A stretch of 64,000 bases of DNA from Comamonadaceae bacterium (GTDB lineage: Bacteria; Pseudomonadota; Gammaproteobacteria; Burkholderiales; Burkholderiaceae_C), in the NCBI GenBank assembly GCA_947448735.1, contig CANFOS010000011.1:28874-92873 (forward strand), read 5' to 3'. The notes beneath the pieces are model-generated. The model worked only from the letters and a program-made list of their open reading frames with translations, did not search any database and was not told the origin of the DNA. A program made the position numbers and the translations under genes. Of the stretch, positions 10,351 to 20,999 are shown in pieces (position 1 is the stretch's first letter; each line of letters starts with the position of its first letter).

Positions 10351-11328
10351 ATGGCACCTTATTCACGCATTACCGGGACCGGCAGCTACCTGCCGCCACA
10401 GCGGTTGACCAACGCCGATTTGGCAACACGCCTTGCAGCAACAGGCGTCGAAACGTCCGACGAATGGATTGTGGAGCGCACCGGCATCCATGCCCGCCAC
10501 TTCGCGGCACCTGACGTGTCGTGCAGTGACCTTGGATTTGAGGCGGCGAAAAATGCCCTGCAAGCTGCTGGTTTGCAAGCCAGCGACATCGACCTCATCA
10601 TCGTGGCAACCTCAACGCCAGACATGGTGTTTCCTTCAGCCGCCTGCATTTTGCAGAGCAAGCTGGGCATCGCTGGTTGTCCGGCTTTTGACATTCAGGC
10701 GGTTTGCAGCGGGTTTGTCTACGCGCTGACCGTCGCTGACGCGATGATCAAAACCGGGGCTGCCAGCAAGGCGCTGGTGATTGGTGCCGAGGTTTTCTCC
10801 CGCATCCTTGACTTTTCAGACCGCACCACCTGCGTGCTGTTTGGCGATGGTGCAGGCGCTGTGGTGCTTGAAGCATCCGATACACCCGGCATTCTGGCCA
10901 GCGATTTGCACGCCGACGGCAAACATGTGGGCATTTTGTGTGTTCCGGGCCATGTGTCGGGCGGCAAGATCATCGGTGACCCGTTGCTCAAAATGGATGG
11001 TCAAGCCGTGTTCAAGTTGGCTGTCGGCGTTCTTGAAAGTGCGGCCCGTGCTGCCCTGGCAAAAGCCAACATGACGGATCAAGACATTGACTGGCTGATT
11101 CCGCATCAGGCGAATATTCGCATCATGCAAAGCACGGCCAAAAAGCTCAAGCTTCCCCTCGAAAAACTCATCGTGACCGTGGACCAGCACGGCAACACCT
11201 CAGCGGCTTCAATTCCGCTGGCGCTGGATGCGTCAGTGCGCAGCGGCAAAATTAAAAAAGGTGACACGCTGATGCTCGAAGGCGTGGGCGGTGGCTTTAC
11301 CTGGGGCGCAGTTCTTCTCAATTATTGA
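10351..11328 (+). CDS. fabH: Beta-ketoacyl-ACP synthase III
   Basis: AVCSGF, PHQAN, GNTSAAS, GGGFTWG. Confidence 0.98.
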   Translation: MAPYSRITGTGSYLPPQRLTNADLATRLAATGVETSDEWIVERTGIHARHFAAPDVSCSDLGFEAAKNALQAAGLQASDIDLIIVATSTPDMVFPSAACILQSKLGIAGCPAFDIQAVCSGFVYALTVADAMIKTGAASKALVIGAEVFSRILDFSDRTTCVLFGDGAGAVVLEASDTPGILASDLHADGKHVGILCVPGHVSGGKIIGDPLLKMDGQAVFKLAVGVLESAARAALAKANMTDQDIDWLIPHQANIRIMQSTAKKLKLPLEKLIVTVDQHGNTSAASIPLALDASVRSGKIKKGDTLMLEGVGGGFTWGAVLLNY

Positions 11329-11329
11329 G

Positions 11330-12640
11330 ATGCAATCCCTGACGAGAATTGGCAACCGCAAGCGCAGCCTGATTTTTGCGGGTTTGACGCTCATCGCCAT
11401 TGCCGCTGCGGGCTACAAAATAGCTCGCCGGGAGCCAGCGCCAACTTTTGTTCCACCATCCGTCAAGGCCCTGCCGTCACATGGCCACCATGCTTTTGCT
11501 GGCCAACCTTTGCAGCATGAGCCGCAATTTGTCTCCAGCCAGCCTGGTCAGGCTGTGCATGCTCCTTCGGTTGTCGAACTCAAAGATGGCAGTTTGCGGG
11601 CGGTATGGTTTTCAGGTTCTCGGGAAGGTGCAGGGGATGTCACCGTACAAACCGCTGTCATGAACGCTGCCACGGGCCAGTGGGGCGGCGAGACAACACT
11701 GGTTGACCGCCAGCAATTGCAGCGTGGTTTGTGGCGCTACATTAAAAAAATCGGAAACCCAGTCATTGCACGCCTACCCGACGGCTCACTTCATTTGTGG
11801 ATGGTCAATGTGTCACTCGGCGGATGGGCCGGCAGTGCGATCTCTTGGACGCGCTCTGTGGACGACGGTGCGACCTGGAGCGCCCCCAGGCGACTGGTGA
11901 CCTCGCCTTTTTTGAATATCAGCACACTCGTCAAAGCTGCGCCTGTGGCAATGGCCGATGGCTCGGTTGGTTTGCCGGTCTATCACGAGTTCATCACCAA
12001 GTTTGCCGAGGTATTGCACATCAGCGCCCAAGGCCAGGTGACGGATAAAACGCGGATCCCCGGCAGTCATTCCAGCTTGCAGCCCGTCGTGTTGGTCGCC
12101 AGCCCGGTCAAGGCCAATGCCTATATGCGGGCCGGCCAGGGCGGCCGGGTGGTCATGTCTGCCACGAACGATGCGGGTCAAACCTGGGTGCCAGCCCGGT
12201 CGCTGAACCTGCCCAACCCTGACTCCGCAATAGCGGGTCTTGTCGCCAGCTCGGGTGACAAGTGGCTTGCGTTAAACCCGACCGCTGCGGGTCGCCCATC
12301 GCTGGCGCTGCTCAAGGCCACCAGCGACGGCAGTTTTGACACCGCCAAGACGCTGTTTGTGGAGGGTTCCGCCGAAGCATCACAGGCGGGCAATAGCCTG
12401 ACGATCGCCGATCACTCGGCTTTGTTGGGCCGTGAACTCAAGGCGCAAGGCGCGAGCGATGCAGATATTCAGGCCTACATCGGTAGTGCGGCAAGGCAGC
12501 TGTGTGGCCCATCGACCTGTGCAAAAGAGTTTTCATACCCGTTCTTGCTGCAAACGCGAGACGGCGCCATCCACCTGGTTTACACATGGCATCGCAGCCG
12601 CATCAAACATGTCCGGATGGACCATGCCGTCCTTGACTGA
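11330..12640 (+). CDS. Membrane-anchored BNR/Asp-box beta-propeller protein (sialidase-like)
   Basis: N-terminal TM, Asp-boxes SVDDGATW and TNDAGQTW, C-terminal FSYPFLLQ...IHLVYTW; starts 2 bp after the fabH stop. Confidence 0.75.
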   Translation: MQSLTRIGNRKRSLIFAGLTLIAIAAAGYKIARREPAPTFVPPSVKALPSHGHHAFAGQPLQHEPQFVSSQPGQAVHAPSVVELKDGSLRAVWFSGSREGAGDVTVQTAVMNAATGQWGGETTLVDRQQLQRGLWRYIKKIGNPVIARLPDGSLHLWMVNVSLGGWAGSAISWTRSVDDGATWSAPRRLVTSPFLNISTLVKAAPVAMADGSVGLPVYHEFITKFAEVLHISAQGQVTDKTRIPGSHSSLQPVVLVASPVKANAYMRAGQGGRVVMSATNDAGQTWVPARSLNLPNPDSAIAGLVASSGDKWLALNPTAAGRPSLALLKATSDGSFDTAKTLFVEGSAEASQAGNSLTIADHSALLGRELKAQGASDADIQAYIGSAARQLCGPSTCAKEFSYPFLLQTRDGAIHLVYTWHRSRIKHVRMDHAVLD

Positions 12641-13238
12641 TGCGTTTGCCTTGCTCGGCATCAGTGTGGTGCTGTGTGCCGGACTGATCGCATTGCTGGG
12701 TGCGCGGCGCGGCGCGGATGGACGAGCGATGTGGGTCAAAGTGCTGGCCGGGTTTTGTTTTGTGCTGCTGTGGATACCGGCTGGCGTGTCCGGCATACCC
12801 GTTGTGGCTTATGTCAGGGGCGTCACCGGCGATGTGAGCATCTGTCTGGTGATGCTGGCGGTCTGGCGTATTTGCCAACTGGCGCTGAATTGGCATGCCA
12901 TCCCCAAGCGCGAGCAAACAGCGGTGATGTCATTGCTTGCTGTGGCGGCCTTGTTTCTTTATCCGCTGGCATTGGGTTGGGGTGACTGGGACGCCTATCG
13001 CCCGGGTTGGGGTTCATGGGGCATGCTGCTGACCTTGCTGGCACTGTGTGCGGTTTGCTGGGTTCAAGGCTTGCGACTCGCGCCTGCGCTGATGGTGATG
13101 GCGCTGCTGGCCTGGAGCTTTGGTTTGTTGGAATCAGGCAATCTGTGGGACTATTTGCTGGACCCCTGGTTGTCGATGTATGCGCTGTGTTTTGTTTTCA
13201 TAAAATGCTTGCAAACAGCATACAGACGCTGGCGTTAA
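12624..13238 (+). CDS. Polytopic membrane protein, function unknown
   Basis: About 6 hydrophobic helices, LYPLALGWGDWDAYRPG and NLWDYLLDP motifs; overlaps end of the BNR gene. Confidence 0.75.
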   Translation: MPSLTDAFALLGISVVLCAGLIALLGARRGADGRAMWVKVLAGFCFVLLWIPAGVSGIPVVAYVRGVTGDVSICLVMLAVWRICQLALNWHAIPKREQTAVMSLLAVAALFLYPLALGWGDWDAYRPGWGSWGMLLTLLALCAVCWVQGLRLAPALMVMALLAWSFGLLESGNLWDYLLDPWLSMYALCFVFIKCLQTAYRRWR

Positions 13239-13250
13239 TTGGAGATTTTG

Positions 13251-14210
13251 TTGAAACCATTTGCTTTTGTATTTCCGGGTCAAGGCTCTCAATCGGTCGG
13301 TATGTTGGATGCTTGGGGCGATCACCCTGCGGTCGCCCAAACATTGCAAGAGGCATCTGATGCGCTGGGGCAGGATGTGAGCCGATTGATTAAAGAGGGC
13401 CCCAAAGAAGAGCTGGCGCTGACGACCAATACGCAGCCCGTGATGTTGGTGGCGGGTGTTGCGGCTTACCGGGTGTGGATGGCCGAGGCAGGTGTGGCGC
13501 CGGCTTGCGTTGCCGGGCATTCGCTTGGCGAATACGCAGCTTTGGTGGCCAGCGGCGCATTGACATTGACGCAAGCCGCGCCGCTGGTGCGCTTTAGGGC
13601 CCAGGCCATGCAAGACGCCGTGCCCGTAGGCGCAGGTGCGATGGCAGCCATTTTGGGTTTGGATGCTTCGAAAATAATAGCTGTTTGCGCAGGTATTACT
13701 GGGGCTACCGCAGAGTTTGGTTTGCAAAATGGCGAAGTGGTGGAGGCTGTTAATTTCAACGATCCGCTGCAAACCGTGATTGCAGGCAGCAAGGCCGCCG
13801 TTGACAAGGCCTGCGAACTGCTCAAAGCCGAAGGTGCCAAACGCGCCTTGCTGCTTCAGGTCTCCGCGCCATTTCACTCCAGCCTGATGAAGCCCGCTGC
13901 CGAAAAGCTTCAAGAAAAACTGGCGCAAACCTCCTTCGCCGCCCTGCAGATTCCGCTGATCAACAATATTGACGTGGCGGTGCAAACCGATGCAGCGGGG
14001 ATTCGCGATGCCTTGTACCGCCAGGCTTTTGGTGCTGTGCGCTGGGTGGAATGTGTCCAGGCCATGAAAGCACGTGGTGTCAGCCATGTTGTTGAATGTG
14101 GGCCTGGCAAAGTACTGGCGGGTCTGGTCAAGAGAATCGATGCCGACTTGACAGGAGCCCCTTTGTTTGACCCCGCCTCCATGGCTCAAGTGAAAGAATT
14201 GCTGGTATGA
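13251..14210 (+). CDS. fabD: Malonyl-CoA:ACP transacylase
   Basis: FVFPGQGSQ, GHSLGEY, VSAPFHS; TTG start with GGAG RBS. Confidence 0.98.
   Translation: MKPFAFVFPGQGSQSVGMLDAWGDHPAVAQTLQEASDALGQDVSRLIKEGPKEELALTTNTQPVMLVAGVAAYRVWMAEAGVAPACVAGHSLGEYAALVASGALTLTQAAPLVRFRAQAMQDAVPVGAGAMAAILGLDASKIIAVCAGITGATAEFGLQNGEVVEAVNFNDPLQTVIAGSKAAVDKACELLKAEGAKRALLLQVSAPFHSSLMKPAAEKLQEKLAQTSFAALQIPLINNIDVAVQTDAAGIRDALYRQAFGAVRWVECVQAMKARGVSHVVECGPGKVLAGLVKRIDADLTGAPLFDPASMAQVKELLV
13664..13706 (+). repeat. 43-bp element, inside fabD
   Basis: TGCTTC-GAAAATA-ATAGC-N20-GGGCT. Confidence 0.8.
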
Positions 14211-14953
14211 GCGACATCAAGTTTGAAGGTCAAATTGCGCTGGTCACTGGCGCAACGCGCGGCATCGGCGCAGCCATTGCTCTGGAGTTGGCCAAAAAAG
14301 GCCTGAAAGTGATCGGAACGGCAACCAGCGATGCGGGTGCTGTCAAGATCAACGAGGCCTTGGCTGCTTACCCCGGTTGCGCCGGCAAGACCTTGAACGT
14401 GAACGACGGTGCTGCCTGTGAAGCGCTGATCGAGACCATCACGAAAGAACAAGGTGGCCTGCAGGTGCTGGTCAACAATGCCGGCATTACCCGCGATATG
14501 CTGGCCATGCGCCTGAAAGACGACGACTGGGATGCGGTGATGGACACCAATTTGAAGGCCGTCTTCCGGATGAGCCGCGCGGTCATGCGCACCATGATGA
14601 AGCAGCGCTACGGCCGGATCATCAACATCACATCAGTCGTCGGCAGCTCGGGCAATGCCGGGCAGTCAAATTACGCTGCAGCCAAAGCAGGTGTGGCTGG
14701 CATGACGCGGGCGCTGGCCAGAGAGCTGGGCTCGCGAAATATCACGGTCAACTGTATTGCACCCGGTTTCATTGAAACCGACATGACGGCCAGCCTGAGT
14801 GCGGAGCAGCAGAAAAATCTGCTGGCACAAATTCCTTTGGGCCATCTTGGCAAGCCGCAGGATGTCGCCCATGCCGTTGCTTATCTAGCCAGTCCGCTGG
14901 CGTCTTATGTGACTGGACAGGAAATTCATGTGAACGGCGGCATGTACATGTAA
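14207..14953 (+). CDS. fabG: 3-oxoacyl-ACP reductase
   Basis: TGATRGIG, NNAGITRD, YAAAK. Confidence 0.98.
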   Translation: MSDIKFEGQIALVTGATRGIGAAIALELAKKGLKVIGTATSDAGAVKINEALAAYPGCAGKTLNVNDGAACEALIETITKEQGGLQVLVNNAGITRDMLAMRLKDDDWDAVMDTNLKAVFRMSRAVMRTMMKQRYGRIINITSVVGSSGNAGQSNYAAAKAGVAGMTRALARELGSRNITVNCIAPGFIETDMTASLSAEQQKNLLAQIPLGHLGKPQDVAHAVAYLASPLASYVTGQEIHVNGGMYM

Positions 14954-15062
14954 CCTGCAAGTGGTAAAAAACGAACCAACTTTTCCACACTGGCGCTGGC
15001 TTTTATCCGTCTGGCTCAGTATTCACCCCCCGGTGCGTAGAGCGTCGCCTCTAACGCGCTAA

Positions 15063-15338
<276 letters not shown>

Positions 15339-15359
15339 GGCTACTGCTTCCCCTGCTTC

Positions 15360-15383
15360 AAAAGCCCCGTCCGGGGCTTTTTT
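15360..15383 (+). terminator. Intrinsic terminator after acpP
   Basis: AAAAGCCCC-GTCC-GGGGCTTTTTT. Confidence 0.8.
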
Positions 15384-15417
15384 GCAATCTTTTCAGGTGT
15401 AATTTGAGGATCTGCGA

Positions 15418-16662
15418 ATGAATCGTCGCCGCGTTGTAGTGACAGGTCTGGGCTGTATCAGCCCGGTTGGGAACACCGTTGCCGAAAACTGGTCCAGTCT
15501 GCTGGCTGGACAGTCGGGCATCGACCTGATCACCAAATTTGACGCCTCTGGCTCGACCTGCAAAATCGCTGGCGAGGTCAAGGGTTTTTCCATCGCGGAT
15601 TACATCTCTGAAAAAGAGGCCCGCCACATGGATACCTTTATCCACTACGGCTTGGCCGCGGCTTGCCAGGCAGTCGCTGACAGTGGGCTGAAAACAGGCG
15701 AGGCGTTGAGCGAAGACGAGGCCGTGCGCATCGGCTGCGTGATCGGTTCGGGTATTGGTGGCCTGCCGCTGATTGAAAATACCCACGCAGAGCTGACCAG
15801 CCGCGGACCACGCCGGATCACGCCATTTTTTGTACCCGGCTCGATCATCAACATGATTGCCGGGCACGTGTCGATGAAATTCGGCTTCAAAGGTCCTAAC
15901 ATCGCCATCGTCACTGCCTGCACCACGGGCCTGCATTGCATCGGCGATGCCGGACGCATGATTGAATACGGTGATGCCGATGTGATGATTGCCGGCGGCG
16001 CAGAAGCAACCGTTTCTCCGCTCGGCATTGGCGGCTTTGCGGCCATGCGTGCCCTGTCTACCCGCAACGACGACCCTAAAACAGCCAGCCGCCCGTGGGA
16101 CAAAGACCGTGACGGATTTGTGCTGGGCGAAGGCGCCGGCATGATGGTGCTGGAAGAGTATGAACACGCCAAGGCGCGGGGCGCCAAGATTTATGCTGAG
16201 CTTGCAGGGTTTGGCATGAGCGCTGATGCCGGCCACATCACCGCGCCCAACATGGACGGACCCCGGCGGGCCATGCTGTCTGCCGTGCGCAATGCAGGCT
16301 TGAACGCTGATTCAGTCGACTATCTCAATGCGCATGGAACATCCACACCGCTGGGAGACATTAACGAAACCAACGCCATCAAAGCGGCCTTCGGCGGTCA
16401 TGCTAAAAAGATGGTGGTGAGTTCCACCAAGTCCATGACCGGGCATTTGCTCGGTGGTGCGGGCGGCATAGAGTCTGTGTACACCGTGCTGGCACTGCAC
16501 CATCAAAAGATTCCCCCCACCATCAATATCTTTAGTCAAGATGCTGAATGTGATCTGGACTTTTGCGCCAACACTGCGCGTGATGCGGTCGTCAATGTGG
16601 CCGTCAAGAACAACTTTGGTTTTGGTGGAACCAATGGTTCGCTGGTGTTCAAGCGCGTCTGA
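15418..16662 (+). CDS. fabF: Beta-ketoacyl-ACP synthase II
   Basis: [36 protein letters not shown]. Confidence 0.98.
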   Translation: MNRRRVVVTGLGCISPVGNTVAENWSSLLAGQSGIDLITKFDASGSTCKIAGEVKGFSIADYISEKEARHMDTFIHYGLAAACQAVADSGLKTGEALSEDEAVRIGCVIGSGIGGLPLIENTHAELTSRGPRRITPFFVPGSIINMIAGHVSMKFGFKGPNIAIVTACTTGLHCIGDAGRMIEYGDADVMIAGGAEATVSPLGIGGFAAMRALSTRNDDPKTASRPWDKDRDGFVLGEGAGMMVLEEYEHAKARGAKIYAELAGFGMSADAGHITAPNMDGPRRAMLSAVRNAGLNADSVDYLNAHGTSTPLGDINETNAIKAAFGGHAKKMVVSSTKSMTGHLLGGAGGIESVYTVLALHHQKIPPTINIFSQDAECDLDFCANTARDAVVNVAVKNNFGFGGTNGSLVFKRV

Positions 16663-16676
16663 TCTGTAAAAAGCGC

Positions 16677-17135
16677 TTGAACCACAACGCTCCGCCCGTC
16701 ACTTATCCGCTGAGGCGCTCGCCCGTGCAGGCGCTGATTTATCTGGGGTTGTGGTTTGCAGTACTCGCTGTGGTGGTCCGCTGGATCTGGCTCAGCCCCA
16801 ACAGCAACATGGCTTTGCTTCTTGGTATCGGCGCGTTGGCAGCCTCTAGCCTGGCCGGTATTTTTGGCATGAAATTCTCACCTATTGGCCAGCTCGTTTG
16901 GGACGGCCAACGCTGGCATTGGGAGAGCCTGGCCTATCAGGTGGGTACGGCAGAGTACGAGGTATTTGTTGCTGCTGATTTTCAGCATATTGTCTTGCTG
17001 CACATCAAGAACCATGCAAACGCCAAGCTCTGGCTTTGGGTTGAACGTGACATTTTTCCCGAGCGTTGGCTGGATTTGCGACGCGCTATTTACTCTCCCC
17101 ACCGGACTGCCGCTGATCTGATTGCCCCGGCATGA
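16677..17135 (+). CDS. Small membrane protein, YgfX/CptA-like
   Basis: Two TM helices then WDGQRWHW and WLDLRRAI motifs; ATGA overlap with rpoE; family call from memory. Confidence 0.6.
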   Translation: MNHNAPPVTYPLRRSPVQALIYLGLWFAVLAVVVRWIWLSPNSNMALLLGIGALAASSLAGIFGMKFSPIGQLVWDGQRWHWESLAYQVGTAEYEVFVAADFQHIVLLHIKNHANAKLWLWVERDIFPERWLDLRRAIYSPHRTAADLIAPA

Positions 17136-17767
17136 CCGACGTTCGTGCACAGTCTCCGGCTGATGCATCGCCTGACAGTGATGCTTTGCTGGTTGAGCGA
17201 ACGGTCGCCGGAGATCAAAAAGCATTTGAGTTGCTGGTCATCAAATACCAGCGGCGCATTCAACGCCTGATTGGCCGCATGGTGCGCGATGTTGATTTGG
17301 TCGAAGACATCGCCCAGGAAACCTTTATCCGGGCTTACCGGGCGCTGGCGCAGTTTCGGGGCGAGGCGCAGTTCTACACCTGGTTGTACCGGATTGCCAT
17401 CAATACGGCAAAAAAAGCCCTGATGGACCTGAAACGAAACCCGACGGTTTCGGAAAATTCTTTCAAATCTGACGATGAAGATGAAACTTCGCACCTCAAG
17501 AATGAACTAACCAGTTCAGAGACGCCTGACGCCGTGCTGGCCAGCAAGGAGATAGCACAAATCATTAACACGGCGCTTGAAGCCTTGCCTGAAGATTTGC
17601 GGATGGCAGTGACGCTGCGCGAAATTGAAGGTCTGAGTTACGAGGAAATAGCCGAAACCATGAACTGCCCGATCGGCACCGTACGATCCCGGATTTTCCG
17701 GGCCCGAGAGGCTATTTCTCAAAAGGTCAAGCCTTTGCTTGAAAACCAGGCAGGCAAGCGCTGGTAA
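17132..17767 (+). CDS. rpoE: ECF sigma factor RpoE (sigma24)
   Basis: DIAQETFIRAYRAL, FYTWLYRIA, CPIGTVRSRIFRARE. Confidence 0.97.
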   Translation: MTDVRAQSPADASPDSDALLVERTVAGDQKAFELLVIKYQRRIQRLIGRMVRDVDLVEDIAQETFIRAYRALAQFRGEAQFYTWLYRIAINTAKKALMDLKRNPTVSENSFKSDDEDETSHLKNELTSSETPDAVLASKEIAQIINTALEALPEDLRMAVTLREIEGLSYEEIAETMNCPIGTVRSRIFRAREAISQKVKPLLENQAGKRW

Positions 17768-17813
17768 ATTAGCCTGCGATAGACTGACATGAAACGATAA
17801 AAAACAGCTCATC

Positions 17814-18410
17814 ATGACAACACAAGACAGCTCCGGCCACGAAATGCTTTCCGCCCTTTTTGACGGACAGGAAGTCTCTGATAGCGCTCTTGCAAACTTG
17901 CCGTTTGCAGGCGCGCATGGTGTGCGCAGTGACTGGAACTGTTACCACGTGATTGGCCAAGCGCTGCGGAGCTCGCCGTCTGCGGGAGTTATTGGGGCGG
18001 ATCCAGCATTTCTGCAGCGTCTCAGTACGCGCTTGAATCATGAGGTTATTGAGCCGCTTGCCCCACCGGCGGTCATGGCGGTTGGCACAGTAGCCGTGTC
18101 AGCAGTTCAAGCTGCCAACGACCAGCAATTCCGCTGGAAGCTGCTGGCCGGCTTCGCCAGCCTGGGTGCTGTTGCTGTATTGGCTTGGACGCTGACAGGA
18201 TCGTCGATGGGCACTTCTTTGCCGCAGATGGCTCAAGACACCAGGGCCGCAACCTTGGTAACAGCTTTGCCAGAGGGGCCGATGATTCGAGACGCAAGGC
18301 TTGAGGAGCTGCTTTCTGCGCACAAGCAGATGGGTGCAAGCACCTTGCAGGTGCCTTCAGGTTTTGTGCGCCATGCTGGTTTTGAAGCGCCCCTTTCATC
18401 GGGTCGGTGA
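17814..18410 (+). CDS. rseA: Anti-sigma factor RseA/MucA
   Basis: LSALFDG, WNCYHVIGQALR, TM helix; follows rpoE. Confidence 0.9.
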   Translation: MTTQDSSGHEMLSALFDGQEVSDSALANLPFAGAHGVRSDWNCYHVIGQALRSSPSAGVIGADPAFLQRLSTRLNHEVIEPLAPPAVMAVGTVAVSAVQAANDQQFRWKLLAGFASLGAVAVLAWTLTGSSMGTSLPQMAQDTRAATLVTALPEGPMIRDARLEELLSAHKQMGASTLQVPSGFVRHAGFEAPLSSGR

Positions 18411-18447
18411 AACTGCGTCAAAGCCGCCCCAACGTTATTGAAAATCC

Positions 18448-19479
18448 ATGTTTTACCGGTCATTTATTCCTCTAGCCCTAGTATTATCGATGCTAGTAGC
18501 TCCTGAATTTGTAGCATCCCAAACTCTCGGCTCGAACCCCTCCGTCGCTGCCATCGCCACGGTTCAGGACGCCAAAGACCTCAATGATTGGCTGCGCCGC
18601 ATGCATGAGGCTTCCAAAAACCGCGCCTATATCGGGACTTATGTGGTTTCCTCGGGCGGTCAATTGCAAAGCGCAAAAATCTGGCACGTCTGTGAGGCGG
18701 GGCAGCAAACCGAACGAGTCGAAACCCTGACGGGCGCGCCGCGTTCAACTTTTCGGCACAACGAGCAGGTCGTGACTTTTCTGCCTGACCAAAAGCTGGT
18801 ACGCCATGAAAAACGTGAAGCGTTGAATTCGTTTCCCGAGATTGTTCAGTCTGCCGATCACCGCATTTCTGACTTTTATAAACTCAAACACGAAGGCACA
18901 GAGCGCGTTGCGGGGGTGGATGCCGACGTTGCTGTTCTGGTGTCCAAAGATGCGATGCGCTTTGGCTACCGTGTCTGGACCGAGCAGAAAAAAGGCCTGG
19001 TGGTGAAATTGCAGACGCTCGATGTCGATGGCCGGGTTCTTGAGCAGGCTGCGTTTTCCGAGCTTCTGATGGACGCGCCTGTGAAGATGGACAAACTGAT
19101 ACAGATGATGGGCAAGGTGGACGGCTTGCGCGTGGAACACCCCGCGGTGGTCAAGACTACAGCCAGCGCACAGGGCTGGTATTTGCCTTCATCGGTTGCT
19201 GGATTCAAACCCATGAGTTGCTACAAGCGGTCTGCTTCGGCGGGTGCTGCCTCCCTTGCCGAAGACTCCATGCACTGGGTGTTTTCTGATGGGCTGGCAT
19301 CGGTGTCGCTGTTTGTGGAGTCTTACGACCGCCAGCGTCACAGCAAAGAGTCCGGCATGTCCATGGGAGCAACGCATACCCTGACGCGGCACATCGGCAG
19401 TTACTGGTTGACGGCCATGGGTGAGGTGCCGATGGCCACCCTCAAGCAGTTTGCCAATGGCCTTGAACGTAAAAAATAG
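18448..19479 (+). CDS. rseB: RseB/MucB periplasmic regulator
   Basis: Signal peptide, WVFSDGLASVSLFVE, GEVP motifs. Confidence 0.92.
   Translation: MFYRSFIPLALVLSMLVAPEFVASQTLGSNPSVAAIATVQDAKDLNDWLRRMHEASKNRAYIGTYVVSSGGQLQSAKIWHVCEAGQQTERVETLTGAPRSTFRHNEQVVTFLPDQKLVRHEKREALNSFPEIVQSADHRISDFYKLKHEGTERVAGVDADVAVLVSKDAMRFGYRVWTEQKKGLVVKLQTLDVDGRVLEQAAFSELLMDAPVKMDKLIQMMGKVDGLRVEHPAVVKTTASAQGWYLPSSVAGFKPMSCYKRSASAGAASLAEDSMHWVFSDGLASVSLFVESYDRQRHSKESGMSMGATHTLTRHIGSYWLTAMGEVPMATLKQFANGLERKK
18474..18516 (-). repeat. 43-bp element, inside rseB signal peptide
   Basis: TGCTAC-AAATTCA-GGAGC-N20-GGGCT. Confidence 0.85.
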
Positions 19480-19514
19480 TTGTCTGAATTTAAAACCACT
19501 TGAAGACGAGGTAG

Positions 19515-20999
19515 ATGATGTTTGTTCCCCTGAAAAATTCATGGCGCTCCAGCGTTGCCGTGATGTCCTTATGTGCCGCTGCCCTGTTGGCGGCAACACC
19601 GGCCCCCTCGGCTTGGGCACAAAACCGGACGCTGCCAGACTTCACCGATCTGGTCGAGCAGGTAGGGCCGTCAGTGGTCAACATTCGCACCTCCGAAAAG
19701 GTCAAGGCGGCTGCGGCTGGTGGTGGCGGCGCGGATGAGCAGATGCTCGAATTCTTTCGCCGGTTTGGTATTCCTGTCCCTCCCAATATGGCACCCAACA
19801 CGCCGCGTGGCCCCCGCTCTGAGCGTTCACCCGCGCCTCAGGAGGATGCTCAGCCGCGTGGTGTGGGATCCGGTTTTATCCTGACATCTGACGGTTTTGT
19901 GATGACCAACGCCCACGTTGTCGAGGGTGCCGACGAGGTCATCGTGACGCTCACTGACAACCGCGAATACAAGGCCAAAATCATCGGTGCCGACAAGCGT
20001 ACCGACGTTGCTGTTGTGAAGATCGAAGCCGCAGGCCTGCAGGCCGTCAAAATTGGTGACTCCAATCGCCTGAAAGTCGGTGAGTGGGTCATGGCGATTG
20101 GTTCGCCGTTCGGCCTGGAGAACACCGTCACTGCCGGCATCGTCAGCGCCAAACAGCGCGACACGGGTGACTATCTTCCTTTTATCCAGACTGACGTGGC
20201 GATCAACCCCGGTAATTCTGGCGGTCCGCTGATCAACATGCGCGGCGAGGTGGTGGGCATCAACAGCCAAATCTATTCACGCTCAGGTGGTTTTCAAGGC
20301 ATTTCATTTGCCATACCCATGGATGAAGCCACACGGGTGTCAGACCAGTTGCGAACTTCCGGGAAGGTCACGCGTGGGCGCATCGGCGTTCAGATTGACC
20401 AGGTGAGTAAAGAAGTCGCTGAGTCGATTGGTCTTGGCAGAGCGCAGGGTGCGCTGGTCAGGGGCGTCGAGGCCGGAGCACCCGCAGACAAAGCAGGCGT
20501 TGAAGCCGGCGACATCATCACGAAATTTGACGGTAAGACGATCGAAAAATCAACGGACCTGCCCCGCTTGGTGGGCAACGTCAAACCCGGTACCAAATCC
20601 GTGGTGACGGTGTTCAGGCGTGGTGCGAGCAAAGATTTGTCAGTCGTCGTCGCCGAAGTAGAAGCTGACAAGCCCGTGCGCAAATCGTCCGCTGCAGAGC
20701 CCAAACCTCAGGCGGCTGGTCCCGCTCAAGTGTTGGGTCTGGCTGTGAGCGAAGTCACCGATGCTCAAAAGAAAGAACTCAAAATCAAGGGTGGTGTGAA
20801 GATTGACACTGCTGAAGGCGCTGCTTCAAGGGCAGGCTTGCGTGAGGGGGACGTGATCATCGCCATTTCCAATATCGAGGTCACCAATGTCAAGGAGTTT
20901 GAAGCGGCAGTGGCCAAGATGGACAAGACCAAAGCCGCCAATGTCCTGTTCAGGCGAGGCGATCTGGCGCAATATGTGTTGATCCGCCCGACGCGTTAA
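19515..20999 (+). CDS. degP: DegP/MucD serine endoprotease with two PDZ domains
   Basis: GSGFI, TNAHVV, INPGNSGGPL. Confidence 0.95.
   Translation: MMFVPLKNSWRSSVAVMSLCAAALLAATPAPSAWAQNRTLPDFTDLVEQVGPSVVNIRTSEKVKAAAAGGGGADEQMLEFFRRFGIPVPPNMAPNTPRGPRSERSPAPQEDAQPRGVGSGFILTSDGFVMTNAHVVEGADEVIVTLTDNREYKAKIIGADKRTDVAVVKIEAAGLQAVKIGDSNRLKVGEWVMAIGSPFGLENTVTAGIVSAKQRDTGDYLPFIQTDVAINPGNSGGPLINMRGEVVGINSQIYSRSGGFQGISFAIPMDEATRVSDQLRTSGKVTRGRIGVQIDQVSKEVAESIGLGRAQGALVRGVEAGAPADKAGVEAGDIITKFDGKTIEKSTDLPRLVGNVKPGTKSVVTVFRRGASKDLSVVVAEVEADKPVRKSSAAEPKPQAAGPAQVLGLAVSEVTDAQKKELKIKGGVKIDTAEGAASRAGLREGDVIIAISNIEVTNVKEFEAAVAKMDKTKAANVLFRRGDLAQYVLIRPTR

Noticed and set aside
11412-11424. GCTAC-AAA-ATAGC in the BNR gene
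   Set aside because: The spacer is 3 nt, not 7, and there is no distal box.
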